From Verrucomicrobia subdivision 3 bacterium UBA3939 (GTDB lineage Bacteria; Verrucomicrobiota; Verrucomicrobiia; Limisphaerales; UBA3939): 26,769 bases of DNA. The stretch spans positions 386 through 27,154 of the forward strand of contig DGDZ01000054.1 of NCBI GenBank assembly GCA_002385705.1, given 5' to 3'. The notes below the pieces were generated by a model, which was not told the origin of the DNA, did not search any database, and saw only the letters and a program-made list of their open reading frames with translations. The translations under genes were made by a program, and so were the position numbers. How positions within the stretch are numbered: position 1 is the stretch's first letter; every line of letters begins with the position of its first letter. Positions 16,301 through 23,520 of the stretch are shown here, one piece after another.

Positions 16301-18872
16301 CGAGGTGCTGGCGCGATCGGACGAAGAGCGGCTGGCGATGGTGCAGGAGTTCGCGAGCGCGCGGTACCAGGAGGGGTACACGAAGGGCGTTCACGATCTG
16401 GACGCCGCGCGGATCTTCAGCGCCTTGCTGAACGCGCACGTGGCGCTGGAACTGGCGCGGTATCGCCCGGCGGCGCGCGCCTGCGCGTCCGTTTTCTGGT
16501 GCCGCTTCTGCCCGGAACCGGTGCGCGCCCTCTGGACGGCGAAGCTCAAGGGGTTCTCCGAGCGGAACAAGCTGTTTCCCGGTGAACGCGTCCAGCGCAA
16601 TTACATCGCCGCGCTGCAGGAACTGGTGCGCGAGTTCCTGCGGAACACGCCGCTGTATCCGGAGGAACTTGCGGACGACGCGGGCGAATATCTGTTCCAT
16701 GAACTGACCGGCGGCGAGGTGTTTGTTGTCAGCCGCGAGGCGCACCAGTTGTCGGTTGAGTTCGAGAAGCATCTTGCGGCGAAGGACGGGCGGCGCGTGT
16801 TTGAGCGGGCGCTCCAGCCGCTGGCGGAGCACCCGGACAGCGCGCTCGAACTGACGCGCGACTGGGTGCGGGGCTTTCTGCTGGGACGCCTCGGCACGTC
16901 GCAGTATCTCGAAGAAGTGACGTCGATCCTGTTCTGCGGCGACAAGGTGAAGCGGTCGGTCGTTCAGGCGGGAACCACCTGCGTCATCGAGGGGATGAGG
17001 GGCAGCCATCCGCGGATCGACGGGAACCGGTATCACTTCGATTATTTGGACTTTCACGACCGGTTGCGCCGGTTCGAGCGCGACGTCGTGCCGCGCTTTG
17101 AGCGGCATCGCGCCTTGAAACAGCAGTTGCTGGATCGGGAACGCGCGCGCCTGCGGCTGGACGAGTTCAAACCGCGCGTGCTGACGTCGTTTGTGCGGAA
17201 TCAGTTGATCGACCGGGTGTATTTGCCGCTGATCGGGGACAACCTCGCGAAACAGATCGGCGCCGCCGGCGACCAGAAACGCACCGATCTCATGGGCCTG
17301 TTGCTGGTGGTCTCGCCGCCCGGGTACGGCAAGACCACTCTGATGGAATACATCGCCAACCGCCTGGGCATCGTGTTCGTCAAGATCAACGGCCCCGCCC
17401 TTGGCCCGAACGTGACGTCGCTGGATCCCGAGGAAGCGCCGAACGCCGCCGCGCGCGAGGAGATCCAGAAGCTGAACCTCGCGCTGGAGATGGGCGACAA
17501 CACAATGATCTGCGTGGACGACATCCAGCATTGCAACCCGGAGTTTCTGCAGAAGTTCATCTCGTTGTGCGACGCGCAGCGGAAGATCGAAGGTGTCTGG
17601 CGCGGGCAACCGCGCACCTACGACCTGCGCGGGCGCAAGGTCGTGGTCGTGATGGCGGGCAATCCCTACACCGAGAGCGGCCAGAAATTCCGGATCCCGG
17701 ACATGCTCGCGAATCGCGCCGACACGTACAACCTGGGCGACATCATCGGCGGCCACGCCGACGCGTTCAAATCGAGCTACATCGAGAACGCGATCACCTC
17801 CAACCCCGTGCTGGCCTCGCTGGCGAACAAGAGCCAGAAGGACATCCGCGCGTTCATCCGCATGGCCGAGTCCGGCGACCGCGCCGCCGACGGCTTCGAG
17901 GGCAGTTACTCGTCGCAGGAGGTTGAGGAGATCCTGTCAGTGATGAAGAAGCTGGTGGCGATCCGCGAGATGGTGCTGCGCGTGAACCAGGAATACATCC
18001 ATTCGGCCGCCCAGGCGGATGAATTCCGCACCGAGCCGCCTTTCCGCCTGCAGGGTTCGTATCGCAACATGAATCGCCTGGCCGAAAAGGTGGTGCCGAT
18101 CATGAACGACGGCGAGGTGCGCGCGCTCGTGGTGGAACATTACCGGAACGAAGCGCAAACGCTCACCACCGGCGCGGAGGCGAATCTGCTCAAGTTCAAG
18201 GAGATCATCGGCGAGCTCTCGCCGGAGGAGAAGGCGCGCTGGGAAGAGATCAAGAAGACCTTCAAGCGCAACCAGCTCGTGCGCGGCGGCGACCAGTCGG
18301 ATCCGGTGGGGCGCGTGGTCGGGCAGTTGTCCGCCTTCCAGTCCGGGCTGCAATCGATCCAGGAAACGCTCGAAAAGCAGTTGTCGAAAGCGCAGGCGCC
18401 GGTGGTGCTGGACCTGTCGCCCGTGGGGAAGGGGTTGGAAGCATTGCAGGCGACGGTGGAGAAGCGGCTCAGCGAGGTGGCTTCATTCAAGCCCGGGCCG
18501 GAGCCGCAGGGAGTGGCCGCGCAATTGAGCGAGGGGCTGAAGGCATTGCGCGAGGACCTTGCCCGCGCGATCACGGCGGTGCACACGGGCACAATGGCAG
18601 AGAAGCTGCAAAGCCTGTCGCACGAGCTGGAGATGATCCACAGCACGCTGGCGACGTTGAAGGATCTTGCCGAGCAGCAGCGGAATCATCTGCGCAACGC
18701 GCAGGAACTGCTGGCCACCCGCGCGCGCCAGGGAACGGTGGAAATCGATCTGACGCAGGAGATGCTGGCGAATGAGCAAATGTTCCTCGAGAAAGTTCAG
18801 CAGGTGCTGAGCGAGGTGAAGGGCGAAGTGCCGCCGCCTGAAACGCAACCGGGTGAGCAGGGCCAAACCTGA
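13377..18872 (+). CDS. Giant 1831-aa protein with three parts. The first ~1300 aa are an uncharacterised, largely beta-rich N-terminal region. A single MoxR / AAA_5-class AAA+ ATPase domain follows. The last ~370 aa are a C-terminal coiled-coil tail.
   Basis: Walker A LLVVSPPGYGKTTL (nt ~17313-17345). Walker B and MoxR-like block MICVDDIQHCNPEFLQKFISLCD. Sensor-1 block VVVVMAGNPYTESGQKFRIPDMLANRADTYNL. Amino-acid composition is normal on the plus strand, whereas the 1436-aa antisense ORF is R/L/A-biased. Confidence 0.85.
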   Translation: MARKKSDPPAPVEATAAGAPSEASPASDSAAQALGSATYEIIRQRLHGLGSTLRERMSQLNRRRQEVFGSVEFKLLQADRVVTAHNCIPRDMVQLGDQQFLFGFNVQFGLKKEIGLADVFAIYTRDEASGTFKEAGLEPLQDPNFVTDFKRLYNVYEKAFFAKFSVIEGKLYMVFRVGTSVTDIAVFKWAFDDGRLHYVDGRAETEYRRVGFPPQYEFAWRTPDRESFRYGDHPHVSIEDRVFVECVGGDITIKVEDNTKTGEGIYSEPVEDKYQKVDDAEIAYAIIGHVILLKMRPYKENRPRYFIYNEKTQTAHRVDSIGQSCALLPEDHGLIFPDGYYLGTGELKLFESKEQGMAIERVVHSPNGEDALYVFYNRESGEYVLMPYRLIPQKVEERITCHGFSLFPSGHLLLFRAEAEPQKHHMIQLRQTPFYQPGYEPAGRKDAFLYQVGNKDVVRCLAECNEVLTLVEKEDPYPELYADLVMRCTAMLDAYPWLSGEDGFKLDEALREIRNAADRAVDEFDKVRRLKREAVQRVSDVRKRCDERFQTIRRASLKALGDYVVNLAALRQLRGELITLKEVRYVDLAQVELIEKDVIARTAELSDATVKFLLKPESLDPYRKQAAGFLAQAGKIAKVAEGRELEKAASASGAELEMLIEIVNSLKIEDATETTRIIDGITAVYSTLNQVKAALKQRMQELAAHEGAAQFAAQMKLLGQAAASYLDLCDTPARCDEYLNRLTVQIEELEGVFADFEEYTVQLSERRTELYEAFEQRKLALIEQRNRRAGALMTAAERILKVIQNRLNGFKTAEEINTYMASDLMVAKVREIIDQLIALEDSVKADDLEGRLKSAQQEAVRQLKDRQELFVDGAPVIQLGKHRFNVNTQPLDLTVVHRDGVPCVHLTSTKFFEEITDPEYLSTRDVWDQEVVSENADVYRSEYLAYQLLRSLEPGNGGADTKANGAVSGAKATPAEVLARSDEERLAMVQEFASARYQEGYTKGVHDLDAARIFSALLNAHVALELARYRPAARACASVFWCRFCPEPVRALWTAKLKGFSERNKLFPGERVQRNYIAALQELVREFLRNTPLYPEELADDAGEYLFHELTGGEVFVVSREAHQLSVEFEKHLAAKDGRRVFERALQPLAEHPDSALELTRDWVRGFLLGRLGTSQYLEEVTSILFCGDKVKRSVVQAGTTCVIEGMRGSHPRIDGNRYHFDYLDFHDRLRRFERDVVPRFERHRALKQQLLDRERARLRLDEFKPRVLTSFVRNQLIDRVYLPLIGDNLAKQIGAAGDQKRTDLMGLLLVVSPPGYGKTTLMEYIANRLGIVFVKINGPALGPNVTSLDPEEAPNAAAREEIQKLNLALEMGDNTMICVDDIQHCNPEFLQKFISLCDAQRKIEGVWRGQPRTYDLRGRKVVVVMAGNPYTESGQKFRIPDMLANRADTYNLGDIIGGHADAFKSSYIENAITSNPVLASLANKSQKDIRAFIRMAESGDRAADGFEGSYSSQEVEEILSVMKKLVAIREMVLRVNQEYIHSAAQADEFRTEPPFRLQGSYRNMNRLAEKVVPIMNDGEVRALVVEHYRNEAQTLTTGAEANLLKFKEIIGELSPEEKARWEEIKKTFKRNQLVRGGDQSDPVGRVVGQLSAFQSGLQSIQETLEKQLSKAQAPVVLDLSPVGKGLEALQATVEKRLSEVASFKPGPEPQGVAAQLSEGLKALREDLARAITAVHTGTMAEKLQSLSHELEMIHSTLATLKDLAEQQRNHLRNAQELLATRARQGTVEIDLTQEMLANEQMFLEKVQQVLSEVKGEVPPPETQPGEQGQT

Positions 18873-18880
18873 AACGCAAT

Positions 18881-19714
18881 ATGAAAAGAATCATCAGACG
18901 AGTCCAGAACCTGGGCCAGAAAGCGGCCCAGCTCCAACAGGCCATTCAAAACGTGCCGCCGAAGATCGCGGAGGTGCGGCAGGCGGTGGCCATGACGACC
19001 GGGCAGTTACAGCAGTTGCGAGCCGACCTCCGGGCCGGCGCGGCGGACCTGCGCGCCGACAACGAAGGCAGCCTGGTGCAGGCGTTGAACGAAGTGAACG
19101 GCGCCACGCAGGTCTTCGAACAGGCCGGGTATGAACTGACGGGCGTGGACATGGAATTGAGTCCGAACCAGCGCCTGATCGTTCACCTGGCGCGTTTCGA
19201 AGTGGTGGATCAGAGAACGCTCCAGTCCCTGCTCAGGGCCAATCAGCATGCAAAGACCGTTCACGGCATTCTCTGGTCGTTGATCCGCGCCGAGGAAATG
19301 GCGGCGCAGGTGGACGTGACGAACATGGTTTACCGGGAACTCATTGTGCACGTCGGGCCGATTCCGTCGGTGCGGATGAGCTGGGGCTATGCCGAGGAGG
19401 AGGAGGAGGAGGCACCGGTGGCACAGCCGGCGCCCGTTCAGACGACCGTGGTGTCCGGTGCCGCGCCGGCATCGGCGTCCGCTCCGACACAGTTCGCACA
19501 AACGACGTTTTTCGAATCGCGGTCGGTGCCGCAGCCGCAGGGTTCGGCGGCGGTGGCGAGCACGGCGACTTCGGATGTTTCGGCGACAACGACCGTCGCG
19601 CCCGCGGGCCAGGCGGAGGAATCGAGAGAGATGACATCGGCCGATTGGCGGCGGGATGCGCTGGAGCGGTTGAAGAAGAACCCGCATGTCTCGAAGTATC
19701 AGCGGCGGTTCTGA
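18881..19714 (+). CDS. Hypothetical 277-aa protein with an N-terminal coiled coil (Q/A/L-rich), a poly-Glu tract (EEEEEE), an A/T/S/V/Q-rich disordered region and a basic C-terminus. Its start is 8 nt after the giant gene stop.
   Basis: The ORF is in frame. Its composition is protein-like and differs from the antisense frames. Its tight spacing suggests translational coupling to the giant gene. Confidence 0.5.
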   Translation: MKRIIRRVQNLGQKAAQLQQAIQNVPPKIAEVRQAVAMTTGQLQQLRADLRAGAADLRADNEGSLVQALNEVNGATQVFEQAGYELTGVDMELSPNQRLIVHLARFEVVDQRTLQSLLRANQHAKTVHGILWSLIRAEEMAAQVDVTNMVYRELIVHVGPIPSVRMSWGYAEEEEEEAPVAQPAPVQTTVVSGAAPASASAPTQFAQTTFFESRSVPQPQGSAAVASTATSDVSATTTVAPAGQAEESREMTSADWRRDALERLKKNPHVSKYQRRF

Positions 19715-19773
19715 GGTTTACATGGCCTGTCGGGGCACCGCGACTTCCGGCTTCGCCTGGTGTTGGCGTTGTT

Positions 19774-20115
19774 ATGATTGAGAGGGTCGTTCTGATATTC
19801 TCCGGCGGCGCCGGTCTGTTGGTCCTGGCTCTGGGCATTGCCGCGTTTGTCCGCGCTCGAAATACTCCAGCCTCAAACGCGTGCATTAACAATCTGAGGC
19901 ATCTGAATGCCGTCAAGCAGCAGTGGGCGGTGGAGAACTCAATGAGCACGAACGCAATGCCGACATGGGAAGCCCTTCGCCCATATATGTCGAAGGCGGA
20001 ACAGGAAGGCCGGCCGGTCAGGCTTGTGTGTCCTGAGGGCGGAGTGTATCTGCCGGGCCGCACGGGCGATGCGCCCACCTGTTCGATCGGCGGACCGGAC
20101 CATACGCTGCACTGA
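19774..20115 (+). CDS. Small membrane-anchored protein (113 aa) with a pilin / pseudopilin-like N-terminus that lacks a prepilin leader. It contains a CxNNLR(H/Q)L motif reminiscent of H-X9-DG / DUF1559-type proteins.
   Basis: MIERVVLIFSGGAGLLVLALGIAAFVRARNTPASNACINNLRHLNAV resembles the FTLIELLVVIAII...CxNNLKQI pattern. The ORF is open from 19645, but that extension has no start codon and no hydrophobic logic. Confidence 0.4.
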   Translation: MIERVVLIFSGGAGLLVLALGIAAFVRARNTPASNACINNLRHLNAVKQQWAVENSMSTNAMPTWEALRPYMSKAEQEGRPVRLVCPEGGVYLPGRTGDAPTCSIGGPDHTLH

Positions 20116-20135
20116 TCAGGGAGCATCGCCTGCCT

Positions 20136-20672
20136 ATGTCACGCCGACAGAAATGGATCTGGATCGGGCTGTTTGTGGTGATTCTCTCCGCACCGTTGTG
20201 GCTGTCCTTCCTTGGTTTTTTCGCGTGGTCGCCTGTCAACTGCTGGCATTACGACGTGGACATCCGGAGCGGAAGGGTTCGTTACACTCGCTATCTGCTC
20301 TTTGCGCAGGTGGCGCAACGCGTGGAAGAGACGGCCCTGAGCAAAGCTCTGCAGCCCGAAGATCTTGCGGGCGTGCAGCCGGACTGGCACCGCGTCGCTG
20401 CTTTTTCGCCGGGAGTCCACCACTCGCCGCACTACACATTCCATTCCGCCCTCGGGCAAATGCGCGAGTTGGAGATGATCTGGAGAACCGGTGGGTTCAC
20501 GCCGGCAGCTCGCCGCGCCAGCGCCCGGCAGGTCCTGCGGCTCTGGCAGCGACACGGGCATGATGGCTCGGCACAGGAGTATTTGCGGGCTCTTTCCGAA
20601 ATTGCGCTTCGCAGTGATGTGGCATCCAAAGGCACGGATGAGGAAGATCTGCCGGCACCCGAGCAGCCATAG
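20136..20672 (+). CDS. Hypothetical N-terminally anchored membrane protein (178 aa).
   Basis: TM segment WIWIGLFVVILSAPLWLSFLGFFAW. The gene lies 20 nt after the previous gene and is followed by an intrinsic terminator. Confidence 0.45.
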   Translation: MSRRQKWIWIGLFVVILSAPLWLSFLGFFAWSPVNCWHYDVDIRSGRVRYTRYLLFAQVAQRVEETALSKALQPEDLAGVQPDWHRVAAFSPGVHHSPHYTFHSALGQMRELEMIWRTGGFTPAARRASARQVLRLWQRHGHDGSAQEYLRALSEIALRSDVASKGTDEEDLPAPEQP

Positions 20673-20686
20673 TCGAATCCACTCAC

Positions 20687-20710
20687 GCGGGCGTTTCACC
20701 CGCCCGCTTT
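20687..20710 (+). terminator. Rho-independent terminator: gcgggcg-tttcacc-cgcccgc followed by TTT. It closes the plus-strand block.
   Basis: A 7-bp GC stem and a T-run on the plus strand, 15 nt after stop 20672. It overlaps the last codons of the convergent methyltransferase gene. Confidence 0.55.
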
Positions 20711-21604
20711 GCGTCCGCAGAGCCAGTGAGGTTTGATCCAGAAATGCAGGCGGGCGCCCATGTTGATGAACTGCGTCATGCCGCACTGGCGCATGTGCGC
20801 GGTCAACTCGCGGCGGCTCAGGCCGATCTCGTGCGTGTTCGACAGCCTGGCCACCCGATACGAGGAGAACGTGTGAACCAGGTTGGGCTCGTTGCAGAGC
20901 AACAGCCAGCCCCCGGGTTTCAGGCATTCCGCCGCGGATTGGATCGCCTCGCGCCAGGAGAACGCGTGATGCAACGCTTCATAAACGAGCACCGCGTCGT
21001 AATAGCCCTTCGGGCCGACGTCTTCGGCGACGGATTCCATGGGCGCGACTTCAAAGCGCAGGACGCGTTGGAGTCCCTTGGCTTCGAGGCTGGCGATGCG
21101 TTTGCGCGCCCATTCAATGCTGGACGCGGCAATAGAGGTGCCCGTGACTTCGTATCCGATCGCGGCGAGGAACTCGGAAGTCCAGCCGAAGCCGCATCCC
21201 ATCTCCAGCACCCGGGCGGGAGGCAGGATGCCGCAACGTTCGAGTGATTCGTGGATCAGACAGAAGTCGCGCAGGTAGGTCCGGAGCCGCGGGCCCACCC
21301 AGAACGGTTTCTGCATGTCGGCGAGGGCGGCGGTTTCGAGCGTGACGCCCGGGAGCGATTCCGAGCACTCGATCTCGGCCCTGTAGGTGGCTTCGCGGTC
21401 TTCGAACCTGGGCGGAAACAACCCGGCGGCGTAGTCGCGCAGGATCAGGTGGAGCCCAGCCTGAAGCTTCTCGCTCCTGGACAATTGCATGTTCCAGTGC
21501 TTGCAGTTGGCCTCGTAAAGATTCTTCCCCCGGCGAAGCAAGGGGCTTTCCGCCAGCCACCCGGCGAGCCGCCGCAGAGGTGTCACTTCGCCGGCGCGCG
21601 CCAT
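20696..21604 (-). CDS. Class I SAM-dependent methyltransferase.
   Basis: Motif I VLEMGCGFGWTSEFLAAIGYEVTGTSIA. Motif post-I/II region DAVLVYEALHH. KPGGWLLL is present. Its start is 1 nt after the pheS stop, on the same strand. Confidence 0.8.
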   Translation of the reverse strand: MARAGEVTPLRRLAGWLAESPLLRRGKNLYEANCKHWNMQLSRSEKLQAGLHLILRDYAAGLFPPRFEDREATYRAEIECSESLPGVTLETAALADMQKPFWVGPRLRTYLRDFCLIHESLERCGILPPARVLEMGCGFGWTSEFLAAIGYEVTGTSIAASSIEWARKRIASLEAKGLQRVLRFEVAPMESVAEDVGPKGYYDAVLVYEALHHAFSWREAIQSAAECLKPGGWLLLCNEPNLVHTFSSYRVARLSNTHEIGLSRRELTAHMRQCGMTQFINMGARLHFWIKPHWLCGRKAGG

Positions 21605-21605
21605 A

Positions 21606-22637
21606 TCAGAATTGCTTCAGGAAACGCAGGTCGTTCTCGTAGAACAACCGGATGTCGGTGATCCCGTAACGGATCATCGCGATGCGCTCGATGCCGAACC
21701 CGAACGCCCAGCCCGTCCAGACCTCCGGATCGTAACCCACATTCTCGAACACCTGCGGATGCACCATGCCGCACCCGGCGATCTCCAGCCACTCCTTGCC
21801 CATCTTCCGGACGAGCGAACTGGTGAAATCGATCTCGAAACTCGGTTCGGTATAACTGAAGTAGTGCGGGCGAAACCGGATTTTCACATCCGATCCCATC
21901 AGTTCCTTGAACACGAACTCGACAGTGCCTTTCAGGTCGGCCGCGGTGACCCCTTTATCGACGTACAATCCTTCGACCTGCTGGAAGGTCGGGTTGTGCG
22001 TGGCATCGGCGTTGTCGCGCCGGTAAACGCGGCCCGGCACGATGATGCGCACCGGCGGCGGCTGCTTCTTCATCACGCGGATCTGCACCGAGCTCGTGTG
22101 CGTGCGCAGCAGCAATGACTTCGGACCCCGGATTTCGGATTTCGGGTCGTTCTGAAGGTAAAAGGTGTCCTGTGTATCGCGCGCCGGGTGATCGGCCGGC
22201 GTGTTCAACGCGTCGAAACAATGATACTCGTCCTCGACCTCGGGCCCGTCGGCGACGGCGAAGCCGATTTTGCGGAAACTGCGGACGATGTCCTCGGTGA
22301 CCTGGGTGAGCGGGTGCAGTCTGCCGAGGACGCGCCGACGGCCGGGCAGGGTGAAGTCGGCCGGCTCGGACGGCATGGCGGCTTTCAATTCGAGCTCGCT
22401 GCGGCGGCGCGCGAGCACGGTTTCGAGCTCGGCTTTGGCGGCGTTGATGGCCTTTCCGGCGGCGGGTTTTTCCTCTTTGGGAAGCGAGCCGAGCTGCTTC
22501 ATGAGGGCGGTGAAGCGGCCGTGCGGGCCGATCCAATTGCCCTTGGCCTGCTCGAGCGCGGCAAGGTCAGCGGCATTCTGCAGGTCGGCCAGACCCGCGG
22601 ACTTCAACGGTTCAATCTGATCGATTAATCCAGCCAT
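21606..22637 (-). CDS. pheS: Phenylalanine--tRNA ligase alpha subunit.
   Basis: Class II aaRS motifs and the diagnostic PheS C-terminus are present (FGFGIERIAMIRYGITDIRLFYENDLRFLKQF, HPARD, GLYVDKG). Confidence 0.95.
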   Translation of the reverse strand: MAGLIDQIEPLKSAGLADLQNAADLAALEQAKGNWIGPHGRFTALMKQLGSLPKEEKPAAGKAINAAKAELETVLARRRSELELKAAMPSEPADFTLPGRRRVLGRLHPLTQVTEDIVRSFRKIGFAVADGPEVEDEYHCFDALNTPADHPARDTQDTFYLQNDPKSEIRGPKSLLLRTHTSSVQIRVMKKQPPPVRIIVPGRVYRRDNADATHNPTFQQVEGLYVDKGVTAADLKGTVEFVFKELMGSDVKIRFRPHYFSYTEPSFEIDFTSSLVRKMGKEWLEIAGCGMVHPQVFENVGYDPEVWTGWAFGFGIERIAMIRYGITDIRLFYENDLRFLKQF

Positions 22638-22695
22638 GGTGGGGAAGCAAACGCACTGGACGAATGGAATTCAACACTTTTCTGATGGAGCAGGG

Positions 22696-22717
22696 GCGGG
22701 GACGGCCTCGTCCCCGC
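22696..22717 (-). promoter_or_regulatory. Strong GC hairpin (gcggggacg-gcct-cgtccccgc) in the 287-nt rplT-pheS spacer, 59-80 nt upstream of the pheS start. It is a possible attenuator or structured leader, with no U-tract.
   Basis: The 9-bp perfect stem is read directly. Confidence 0.3.
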
Positions 22718-22894
22718 GGCGTCACGCATCCACCTTTGTTTTTCCCTTTGTTGGAAACTTCGTCGGTCCTGGAGGGGAAACGGATGACGACGTCAAAAGC
22801 CGAAAGCTTCCGGCGAAGTCTGCGACAAAGCTGAAGCCTGCTGCTACTGGCGTGACGCAGTCCTGCGCACGCAACCCGGCCGCGCCCTCGCGTC

Positions 22895-22915
22895 GTCAAT
22901 CATCAATCGTCAATC
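22895..22915. repeat. Tandem heptad gtcaatc / atcaatc / gtcaatc immediately after the rplT stop.
   Basis: Read directly. Confidence 0.5.
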
Positions 22916-22924
22916 GCAAGGCCG

Positions 22925-23293
22925 CTACTTCGCAGCCTTTGCCTTGAGGGCGTCCTGGGAGATTTTCACCAGTTCGCTGAAGGCGGCGCTGTCCTGGGCG
23001 GCGATGTCCGCCAGGATCTTGCGATCGAGGGCGCACTTGGCGGCTTTGAGGCCTTCCATGAAGCGGCTGTAGGTCATGCCGGCGGCGCGGGCGGCGGCGT
23101 TGATGCGGATCTGCCAGAGATACCGGAACTCGCGCTTCCTGCGCCGGCGATCGCGGTAGGCGTATTGTCGGCCGTGGTCCACGGCGTCGGAAGCGTAGCG
23201 GTAGAGCTTCGAACGGCGCATCCGGAAGCCCTTGGCCGCGCGGAGCATCCGCGTGCGGCGTTTGCGGGAAGCTGGTGCGTTGGTAACTCGCAT
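22925..23293 (-). CDS. rplT: 50S ribosomal protein L20.
   Basis: YAYRDRRRRKREFRYLWQIRINAAARAAGMTYSRFMEGLKAAKCALDRKILADIA is a near-canonical L20 sequence. Confidence 0.95.
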   Translation of the reverse strand: MRVTNAPASRKRRTRMLRAAKGFRMRRSKLYRYASDAVDHGRQYAYRDRRRRKREFRYLWQIRINAAARAAGMTYSRFMEGLKAAKCALDRKILADIAAQDSAAFSELVKISQDALKAKAAK

Positions 23294-23310
23294 AAACTCT
23301 CAGGCTGAAA

Positions 23311-23520
23311 TCAGTGGGTGAAGGGCAGGTTCTGCTTGATGCGGTATTCGTCCGCGGGATGCACGGTGGTGGTGCCGCGCAGATTGCGACGGCGCTTGGG
23401 ATTCTTGGTCTGGGCCAGATGCCGTTTCCCTGCCCTGGCGCGCAGGACCTTGCCGCCGGCCGTCACCTTGAAACGCTTGGCCACGGATTTCCGGGTCTTG
23501 ATGCCTTTTGGACGTCGCAT
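23311..23520 (-). CDS. rpmI: 50S ribosomal protein L35.
   Basis: PKGIKTRKSVAKRFKVTAGGKVLRARAGKRHLAQTKNPKRRRNLRG matches the L35 pattern (AKRFK..G.GK...R....KRH). It is a 69-aa basic protein, 17 nt upstream of rplT. Confidence 0.9.
   Translation of the reverse strand: MRRPKGIKTRKSVAKRFKVTAGGKVLRARAGKRHLAQTKNPKRRRNLRGTTTVHPADEYRIKQNLPFTH

Noticed and set aside
13446-17756. 1436-aa minus-strand ORF antisense to the giant gene
   Set aside because: Extreme R/L/A/Q bias and no ATPase or other motifs. The plus strand has Walker A/B and MoxR-like blocks.
19341-20927. Several 180-260-aa ORFs on alternative frames/strands over the small-protein region, and R-rich ORF 19389..19634
   Set aside because: Arg/Pro-rich low-complexity translations overlapping better-supported plus-strand genes.
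22612-22899. 95-aa minus-strand ORF in the rplT-pheS spacer as a pheM-like leader peptide
   Set aside because: It has essentially no Phe codons and an arginine-rich low-complexity sequence. It is not a Phe-attenuation leader.
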